From Camelus ferus (lineage: Eukaryota): DNA of 64,000 nucleotides. The DNA lies in the NCBI RefSeq assembly GCF_009834535.1, contig NC_045717.1, positions 22,878,001 to 22,942,000 on the forward strand, written 5' to 3'. Below the pieces are notes generated by a model. That model saw only the letters and a list, made by a program, of their open reading frames with translations, was not told the origin of the DNA and made no database searches. Of the stretch, positions 12,616-29,300 are shown piece after piece. The position numbers were made by a program, and so were the translations under genes. Within the stretch, counting starts at the first letter, position 1, and every line of letters begins with the position of its first letter.

Positions 12616-15600
12616 GATGGGGGCGGGGGAGCACCTGCAGCCCAGCCCCGCCCAGCCCCTTTCAAGCAGGACCACGCCTCTCTTTCCCCCAAAACTGAAC
12701 ACCTGGGCACCCAGGAGTGAGGTCAGTGTAACCAGACTGAGACCTGCTGCCTTCCTCTACATCCAACCCCAGAGCAGTACCGCCTCCGAAAAAGACCCAA
12801 AATCCGCCTTCTTCCCACCCCTCCCTCCTCTGCCTCCACCCTAGTCAGCCCCGCATCCTTGCTAGCCTGACCTAGTAGGTCTCCTTCCGCTGTCGGTCCC
12901 CGCGCTCCTGTTCTCAGCCCCTGCAGTCTGGACTCCCCCATCAGAGCGCACTCGTGAACGCCTAAGTCATCTTGTTCCAAAGCCCCCCTCACTGGGGTCA
13001 AAGTCCTCCCTGCAGCCCGCAAGGCTCTGTACGTTATGCCCTCATCCCTGCCCTTACCTCCTCCACTCTCCCACTCGTTCACTCTGCTCCGGCCACACGG
13101 GTTCCCTCAGTGTTTCTCCAGCCCACCAGGTCACCCCAGAATCCTGCCCTAGAATCCTGCCACAGGGCCTTTGCACATTATCTCCCTCCGCCTGAGGCGA
13201 CTTCGCTTGGCTAGCTCCCTCACCTCCTGCGACTTTGCTCTCCTGAAGTCTTCCCAAAACTTTCCATTTCAAATCACAGCCTTTTCCCCTACTCCATCAC
13301 ACCCTACCCAACTTCCCCACATCTAGCCCTGATCACTGTCTGACAAATCTATTTTATTATACTGATTTCCTTATTGTGTATTTAGAAATTTGTGTCTCTT
13401 TTGTTGGACTCCACCCTCAGCACCTGGCACATATGCATGCTTCGTAAATATTTGTTGCATCAATGAATGAATGAGTGAATGAATGACTAGTTGAAAGCTC
13501 TATTGGCTCTACCTCTGACACTTATCCCAAATCTATTCATTTATCCCCATGTCCCTGGCCACCATCATCTCTTTCCTTATAGACTTCAATCGTGTCATTT
13601 TAATTTAGCAAATGTTTACTCTCTTCGTAGCCCTTATCATTACCTGAAATCATCTGGTCTAGGAGGTCTCTCTCTCCCCACTTCCACCCACAGTCTTCCC
13701 TACCCCCTCCACCTCAGAAGGCACCCCTGCCTTGGATTTTCTTCTTTAATTATTGTAGCCACTTGGGGGCGCTAGACCCCTTCACTGGTCATACCCACTA
13801 CTCTACCAAAACCAGGCCGGAGTGGGTCAAGGAAAACACACCTGTCAGACTCCTGAACTTGAAGTCTCTTCCACGTTGACAGGAGGGAAATTCCCAGGCT
13901 GGAAATTCCCATATTTACGATCCCACAGGCACCAAAATTTTCATCCCCAAGCATTCGTGGCTCCCTGTGAGTCAATTTCCTCATCGTAAAATAGGTGACA
14001 GTAAACTTCACCGTTTAGAATTAATTGTAGGGATCAGAGATCGTGGGACTGCAAGGATGAAAGCCAGGAAGACAGGATAGCTCTCCAGGCCTCCTGGCTT
14101 GAATCCCGCCTTGACCACTGACAAGCCTGCTAACTTGGGGGAAAGGCTTAGCTTCCCCGTGCCTCAGATTCTGCCCCTAGAAAGTGGAGGTGATGAAAAT
14201 AGTACCCATCTCACTGCAAGGTCTACGTAAAAATGGTACGTGTGGAGGCAGGTCAAGCAAGCAGAATAGTCCTGGCATACAGTAAGAGCTTAATGAATGA
14301 TAGTTACAGCTACTGCTTTCGACTCTGTTGTTGTTATGAGCCCCGTCAATAAACTTGGCTTGAGCGTCCTCTTTCTGGTTCCAGATCCCACCGCCAGCCC
14401 CGACCACCACCTGTCTCATGCTTGTCTCCAGGCAACACGATGGAAGCCCCCTCTCCTCCTTCCCCTTACCTAGGAAACTACCTGAAAGTTTACCACCCCC
14501 ACGACGTCCTAGCTCAACTCCAAAGTTCAGTTACTGGGAGAGGCTGTCGTGTTTTCCCGCATCTCTCTCCACAAAACCCGACACCCCCATGGGGTTCCTT
14601 CCCGGAAACCCAGGGGGGCGGTCTGGAGGAAGCTCACCCCATCACGTCACAGCCCGCCACCACTCCCGGCCGGGGGAGAGAGCCGGTAGGGACCGCCCTG
14701 CCCCTGCCGGGAACACTGATAGGCTAGGAGAGAAACATCTTTTCTCCCGTCCCAAGAGGCTATGGGTGCTTAGGGCCAGCCCGAGACCCTAATGAGAATG
14801 AATCTAGGGACCCGGTTCTAAGCGGCAGGACTGAAAGAGGGGCGGGGAGATGTGTGGGCGTGGTCAGTCGGAGGAGGGTGGGGCAGGGTTCTAAGGGGGC
14901 GGAACCCACTAAGCAGGAACGGGGTTCCCAAGGGGGCGTGGTCTATGGGGAAGCGAGTTTTACCTGAAGGGGGCGTGGTTAGCCCAAAGACCCGTGCTAA
15001 CCGTACTAAGCGCGAACAAGGCGGCGAGCCCCGAGCCCGGGAGGTTATAGCTGGAGAAGAGGTGAGGCCTGACGGGGCAGGGCTTGAAGGGGCGGGGCCA
15101 GGTGATGGGGCTCGGTTCCCTCTGGGCGCGGCGGGGAAACGCTGGACTTGGCTGGGGCGGGGAGGGAGGGGTCGCGAGCCGCAGAGCCTCTGGCTTCCGC
15201 CCCGCCCCAGGTTCTTGGGAACTCCGCGGGTCCCGGCCTAGGTGAGTGAGGGACCCCAGACGGATTCAGGACCAAGAGTTCATTGAGGTAGGGAGTTCTC
15301 TCTTTCCCAGGTGCGGCCACCAGATCCCGGGGAGGATCTGGGTGTCTGTCCGTGCGCGTCCGCGAACGTAGACGGGGTCGCCTGATTGGGTCGCTATGCA
15401 TTACGCGTGTCCGTGTACCTGGGCGTACTTGCACCTCTAAGCGTGTTTCCTGTGCAACACGGAAAGCTTGCTTCCACTTTTGCCTGAGCGCTCTTTTTAA
15501 ACCAGATCGTGCCCCTCCCTCACTTAAAACACTTCCGGAGCTGCCCTTCCAGCCCACTCAGATGAAAATTCGGGATCCACCAGTTTCTGCCTGGTCTCAC

Positions 15601-16294
15601 CCCCGCCGACCTCCTTGCTCTCCACTTAGCTCCTTGCTCGCAGGAGCCAGCCACTTCGGCCTCCCTGATGATGTAAACTGTGAAAAGCCAGCCCCAGACC
15701 TTTGCACTCGCTGTACCCCACAACCTGGACTGCTTTCTCCAAATCTTTGCATAATTGTCTTGCCTTTATCACATCTCCCTGTTTTATCACCTTCATTGTT
15801 TACCCTTAGACATTATCTTCTTCATTCACTGTGTGCTTGTGCTGTGTGTCTCGCCCACCAGCCAGGCCTTGGTCTCATTCATCACTGTTTCTCCAGGGAA
15901 AAGAACAGGGCCTGGCGCACAACCAGTCAGCGTTGGCTCACGTTTGAGTCCTCGTATCCATCTGTGTCCATGTGTCTGTGTGCAGGTGGCACCCCATCGA
16001 TAGAGCATAAATAATCCCCTCCCTCCTTCCCCCAAGCTGGCTTCTCACCCACCCCCCTCTCCTGACTCTGCCACCTTCCTCTCTCCCCTGCTCAGATGTC
16101 CAGAAATGATTGCAAAGGACGCAAAGCAGGAGGATGACTTAGATGGGTCATGGGTGACCTGTGCCCATTCCGAGCTCCCTGCCTTCCCCCTGGAACTAAC
16201 CAGAGCCTTGTCAGTGACCCACCTCCACAGCCACCCGGGGGCCCGTAAGACAGAGGACGCTGGAGATGGGGGACTCTTTAGACAGAGGCCAGAC

Positions 16295-16353
16295 ATGGCT
16301 CAGCTGACAAACAGGAAGTGCACGGGCATCTAGGAGACACACCTGGCGTTCAG
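16295..16353 (+). promoter_or_regulatory. SH2D3A: Probable non-coding exon 1 and promoter of SH2D3A
   Basis: E-box CAGCTG 16301-16306, ETS site ACAGGAAGTG 16311-16320, strong donor CAG|GTATGT after 16353, AP-1 TGACTCA 16454-16460. Start site position is inferred. Confidence 0.55.
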
Positions 16354-17294
16354 GTATGTGGCGCCTGGAGCCAGCACTCTGCTCCGCTCCCCGCCCCTGC
16401 AGCAACCTGGGGCCAGCCTGAAACTTCCTGCCCCTTTCAGGGCCTGAGCCAGCTGACTCAGGTTGTAGGAATCCTGGTGCGATTTCCCTACAGAACCAGC
16501 CAGGTCCAGAAGAGCCTGGGAGTGGAGGAGGCCAGCAGACCCCTGCGTCCCTTGAATCCAGGGCAGATTTCCCCGCCAGACGCTTGAGGCACCCAGTGCC
16601 TGAGAACTGCATGGCGATCAAGGGAGTCCTAAAGTGTCTGAGACCTAAATTTGACCATAATATTCACAACAAAATGTAGCAGCTCCATAACATAAAGATC
16701 TACAAATGCCTACTCACTGTTTGCCAACACCTACAAAAATGTGACCTTTGAATGCCCTTAAAAAATGGCTTTACTTTGGAAGCCACACATGGGTTAGATT
16801 TGCATACCACCTAAGAATACTTGAGTGTGCCCATAGATTGCTAAGACACTGTAGATTTTAGTCAATTAAATCCCACCCTTCCCCCTCCAGCCAGAAATTC
16901 CTTTCACCCCAAGAACTACCTGGCTTGCTTTCTCAAAATCCTCCAAATCTTTACTGACTGAGACCTTCCCATTGTCACCCTATGGAAAATCTTAACTCCA
17001 CCACTCAGATCTTCCTAATCCCATCCCTGGTGCCATTTGTCTGCTTAGGTCTCTCTGACCTATCCTATCCTCCCTCACCTACTAATTTATTTTCTCAGTC
17101 ACTGTCTCCCCGACTAGAACATCCCTAAGGGAAGGGATCCCAGTCTGTTTTGCTCACTACGAGGTCTTAGTGCCTAGAATGGTGCCTGGCACACAGTGGG
17201 AGCCCCATAAATATTGGTTTGAGTGGATTCAATAATTAAATTTCTCCGAAACATAGCAATACATCATCCGCATGCAAATTGCATTACATTGACA

Positions 17295-17512
17295 GAGGGA
17301 GGGTATAGCTCAGTGGTAGAGCACATGCTTAGCATGCATGAGGTCCTGGATTCAATCCCCAGTACTCCATTAAAAATAAAAATAAAGGAGGGGATATAGC
17401 TCAAGTGGTAGAGCGCATGCCTAGCATGCACAAGGTCCTGTGTACAATCCCCAGTGCCTCCTCTAAAAATAAATAAATAAATGAACCTAATTACTCTCCC
17501 CCCCCCAAAAAA
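17295..17512 (+). mobile_element. Dimer of camelid Vic-1-type SINEs
   Basis: GGGAGGGTATAGCTCAGTGGTAGAGCACATGCTTAGCATGC...TTCAATCCCCAGTAC; second unit from 17387; flanked by a 17-bp direct repeat. Confidence 0.9.
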
Positions 17513-17832
17513 TTGCATCACACTGAAAGCAATGTGCAGGTCTTCAGCTTTTGCAAGAATCCCAGTGAATGTATAAGTGTTTCTGTGAAATCACAGCCTA
17601 TTCTAAATTAAAGTTACTCATAGCCTGATTTTAATCTGATATATATATATATATATATATATAAAAATTCTGACTATGAGTAATTTCTTTAATTAAAAAA
17701 TATATATTTGTGAAAAATAAATAAAATAAAATAAATATTTGTATATATACATATACAAAGAGAGTTGCATTTTAAGGTTTGGTAGGGTGCCGGTTACTGT
17801 CTTCAAAACTACAAGGGGAGTTTAGGGGAGTT

Positions 17833-18268
17833 TGTAATTCTAAGTGAAGTAAGCCAGAAAGAGAAAGAAAAATAGCAAATACCATATCATGTCACTCATT
17901 TGTGGAATCTTATAAAAAAAAAAAAAAAAGACACAAATGAACTTATTTACAAAACAGACACAGACTCACAGACATAGAAAACAAACTCTTGGTTACCAGG
18001 GGGAAAGGTATTGGGAAAGGATAAATTGGGAGTTCGAGATTTGCAGATAGTAACTATTATATATAAAATAGATAAACAATGAGTTTCTACTGTAGCGCAC
18101 AGGGAACTATACTCAATATCTTACAGTAATCAATAATGAAAAAGAATATGAAAATGAATATATTTTTGTACATGTATGACTGAAACATTATGTTGTACAC
18201 CAAACATTGACACCACATTGTAAACTGACTAAAGTTCAATAAATTTTTTAAAATAAAAATAAAAAATA
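17833..18268 (+). mobile_element. Artiodactyl/camelid L1 3' end, 5'-truncated
   Basis: TTCTAAGTGAAGTAAGCCAGAAAGAGAAAG...ACAGACTCACAGACATAGAAAACAAAC...CACAGGGAACTATA...A-rich tail. Confidence 0.85.
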
Positions 18269-18401
18269 ACTGATATCATACATTCAGAAACAAGCAAAGA
18301 AAACAAAACAAACCAAAAACTATGAGGAACATGGTGGGGGCTGACCCAGCCACTCAGGAAGCAAGAGTAATTATTCCCATTTTTCAGATGAGGAAGACTG
18401 A

Positions 18402-25310
<6,909 letters not shown>

Positions 25311-25620
25311 AAGCACAGACCCCCTTCTTCACGCTAGGATACCCAGGCTTCTGGGGATCCCCAACAGGGACCAACGAAGCCACCCCAGATTCCTCACAAG
25401 GCCAGATGCAGCGGGGACATACATCCTGCCTCACAGAAGGGAGGGGACCTGGTTTGCAAGAACCTACCATGCCCTAAAAATGCACATGGATCCTCAGGGA
25501 CAGACGTCTCCTCCCCAACGCTGGAAGACCCCTGACGTCTAGAGATTCTGGACGCCCTCTCCCAGCCCCTATGCCTGCAATCCCCCCCCCCCACCAAATG
25601 GTGAACATGTGGCTTTTAAT

Positions 25621-25626
25621 ATTAAA
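25621..25626 (+). terminator. SH2D3A: SH2D3A poly(A) signal ATTAAA
   Basis: First hexamer signal, about 310 nt after the stop codon. Confidence 0.7.
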
Positions 25627-26055
25627 GAGAACTTGAAGATCTATAAGAGACTGGAGTTCAAATACATTTTAAAAGCTGTGTGACTTCCAGCAGATTGCTT
25701 GACCTCTCTGTGCCTGCCTTCAACATAAAAAGTGAGACTGTACTTTCCAGGGGTTGTCATGGGGATGAAAGCTCCATGCTTGAATGAGATCATGGGTGGA
25801 GCATGCCTGGCACACAGTAGGTATTCAAAAGGTGCTTCCTGTTCCCGGTAAGCTGTGATGAACACCAAAGGGATGTCATCGGGCACCCGCCTCCCTTTTG
25901 GCATCAGAGAAGAGGTAAGGTTGGTACAAGGTGTACCCAAGTTCACCTCCCCTTCCTCCCCTGTGTGACCCAGAAGGAGGGTGGTGTTTGATCATCCAGT
26001 CCCAATATCCGGATCTCCCATTAAGGCTCAGACAGCAGGAGCTTTCCATAATTTT

Positions 26056-26061
26056 TTTATA
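26056..26061 (-). terminator. TRIP10: Probable TRIP10 poly(A) signal, variant TATAAA
   Basis: About 240 nt downstream of the stop, in an AT-rich patch. I found no AATAAA on the minus strand in this 3' UTR. Confidence 0.45.
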
Positions 26062-26300
26062 TAAAACAAAATGGCCCCAGCCAAGAGGCAGGAAGAAAAG
26101 ATTTGAAACATGAGTATGTACATCGATGGTGGAAGGCACAGCGGGGTCCATCCGGGGTGAGGAGTGGGGTGGGGGGGGCAGCAGGTTACACAGGTCTCAG
26201 CCGAAGCCACGGGGGCAGAAATAAAGTGCGTAGGTCCTGGGGCCCCCCACGGCCCAGAAGCAGCAGCCAACAGCCCTCCTCTTCCCGCCTCTGGCAGGGT

Positions 26301-29300
26301 TCAGTTGAGCGTGACACGGAGGTAGGAGGTGGGCACGTAACCTTCATCTCCCTGTTTCCGCCTGACCCGGGTCCAGCCATCGCCTTTGTCCTCTTCCATG
26401 AGACTAAGGTCTTCGCCCTCCGCCATGGAGATGGTACCCTCGCTGGACCCTGTGACATGGGGTGGTGGTGGGCTCAGGTCTGCTTTAGGCGAATCTAGCC
26501 ATAAAGACGGCCCCCCAAGCCACTGATGTGCCACGTGGGCTGTCCTTACCTTCAAAGTGGTAGATGGCCACACAGTGACCTATGGGGGATGCAGGTTCCT
26601 CCTCAAAATCCTCATCGAACTCTGTGTAGATGGGAGCATCCTGACCCTCCTCTGAGGGGGGTTCTTCAGAGCTGGTTGGAGAGGGCAAAACAGATGAGGA
26701 CAGCCCTCCTCCGCCCCGGCCCCTGGGCAGACTCAGACTCGCCTCCCTGCTCACCTCTCCTTGTTACGCTGTGATCCGCTGTTGCTGCTGCTGCTGCTGC
26801 TGTCTGGGGGGGCGCTGGCTGGGGGGTCTGGAGGCCGAGCATGCCGGCCCAGAGTGTCCCCCCGGTTGCTTAGGACCCGGCTCTCAGCTTCCGCCAGCCA
26901 AGTCTGAGAGGAGGGGACCACACGGTCAGTTCCAGGGCAGGGCTCCAGGGTCAGCCCGCTCTGGGCCCGGGAGGTTTCCTGAGATCACCCATGCACACCC
27001 AAGGCTGTGATGAGAAACAGCTGGAGTCCCCCCACAACACCTCCCTGTCCCCCCTACCCCCCCCCCCGGGGAAGTGACTCAGCCAGGCCCGCTGGCCCCC
27101 ACCCCTCCCCAGGGTCTTCCCTGACCTCATACTTCTGCACTTCCAACTTCAGTCGTTCAATGTTGTTCAGGGTTTCTGTGATCCGGGGTTCCAAGCTGGC
27201 TGGGTCCCCCATCTGGGGTGTCTTCTCATATACATCCTTCATTTTCTTCAGGGCTTCCCTAGGACAAAGCAGACAGAGGAGAAAGAATCCCATGTGATTT
27301 AACAAGCCAAAACACATGGGCTTGGCTCCCAGGAGCTCAGCCAGGGCTTTCTAGCCTGGCTTCCAATCCCACTGTGGGCCATTTCTGAGTTGTGTGAGTT
27401 TGAGTTAAGTTACTGAAACTTTGTCTCAGGATGCTTGCCTTAAAAAATGAGAATATATCTGTATATCTCGTGGGAGCTGTTGTAAAGATTAGAACAGTGC
27501 CTTTAGTTATTCAGATGTATCTTGAGTGACTACTGTGTGCCAAGAACCCATTCTAGGCATTAGAGACACCGTACTAACAGGTCAATCGTGATCCTACCTC
27601 TGCTCAAAAGTTCTTAGGAAAACAGGAATCCTAATGATGCAAGAAAGATGTTTGGAATAGTGCCTGGCACACAATAACCTTCTGTAGATGCTAGGCGTTA
27701 TTGCCACTCGTCCCTAGGCCGGATCTTCTCCGTGTCTACATAGACAGATAGGAACAGCTACAAGCACAGACCTTTGGAGTACGTCAAACCTGGGTTCAGT
27801 TTCTTTCCAGTCCTAACACCTCATGCATAGTACAGATGAGAAAACGGAGGTCTGGAAACAGCTAGAATTCAAAGCCAGTCTGTCTCAACTCTAGAGCACT
27901 CATCCATAACTCACACCCCATGAAAACTCAGGAACTCTAGAGTTCTGAATAGAACTTTACATCCATAAAAGCTGTTTTGTACAAGAGGTTCTGTGAAAAT
28001 GGCAAGATATAATTTGGCTGCCTGTCTGCAAGTGGCAACCGTCATTCTTATTATGTAAGAGGACTGGGAAGAGAATCTTGTTGCTTGGAAAGAGTGAGTA
28101 AAAGATTGTCTTTTTTTTAATCTGGCAGGGTTTTTTTTTTTTTTATTGTTAGTGTTTTGAGTTATTAAATGAATAACCATATGCTTTTTTTTCCCCCTTT
28201 GAGCTGATTAACATACTGAATCAGACTGGTAGATTTTTAGATATTGAACCATCTTTGCATGACAGCGATAACCTCCGACTTATCATGTTTTTTTTGGTTT
28301 GTTTGTTTTGGTCTTTTATTCTTATTTTTTTCTTATGGTAAAATATACATAATATAAAATTTCCCATTTGAGCTATTTTTAAGTGTACAGTTCCATGGCA
28401 TTAAACTAATTTGTGTTGTGCAATCACTAGTACCCACGTGATATATTATTTTTTAATACACCATTGGACTTGCTTGGCTAGGATTTTGCATCTAAGATCA
28501 TAAGTAAAGGAAAGTAAACCCATCATTTGACTTTCTTGAAGTCTTGCTAGCTCAATTTTGGAATCAAGATTCCACCTGCCTCCTAAACAGGCTAGCAGCT
28601 CTCACTCTTTTTTCTGTTTGCTGGAATGACTTGTGTAAGATGGGACATAACTATTTCTCCTAAGTGGGGTAGGAATCACCTATAAATCCATCACGGCCTG
28701 GGGCTTACTGGGGAGATCTTCGAGGACCATTTCAACATAATTCATTTGTAATTTTTGCTTTGTTCCTGACCTGCCCACCACCTCTCCTTACCTCTGGTCG
28801 ACTTCCTTCTGTAGTTCACGGTTCCGTTCTTCCAGCTGCTGCTGAAGCCGCTTTCTCTGCTGCTCTGGGGGCAAGTGGCTGAAATCCTCAGTCACCACTG
28901 TCTGCAAGGTGGAAGAGGACTGAGTTTGGGATCACAGAGTCTGAGCTTCCAGGCTCTAAGACACTCCTAAGACACTCCAAGTCCACCTTCCTTCCCACCC
29001 AAGGTTCTTGGGGGGCAAGGCCATGCACAGAGCAAAGCAGGTCCAGGTGGGGCAATGGGAGGAGGGGGCCCAGCCAGCGGCAGGAAGCGAGCCCAGGGTC
29101 CCGCCACCCGGCGGCTGGGCGGGCTGGGGCCGCCCCCTCCTCCCCCCCAGAGGCCTCACTTACCCCACGGCTGCCTCGAAGGCTGCGGAAGGATGCTAGC
29201 CGGGGTTTGACCGACTTACTGATCTCACTCAGTATGGCCAAGGGGTCGAGGCCGGAGCGGGGGGACGGGGGTCCATTAGGTAATGCTGATGGCAGGGGGC

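Noticed and set aside
12075-12844. Long ORFs of 211-247 aa across the VAV1 start
   Set aside because: They span the N gap, so their length is an artefact.
14609-14622. CCAGGGGGGCG as another CTCF site
   Set aside because: An extra G breaks the core spacing; better read as a GC box.
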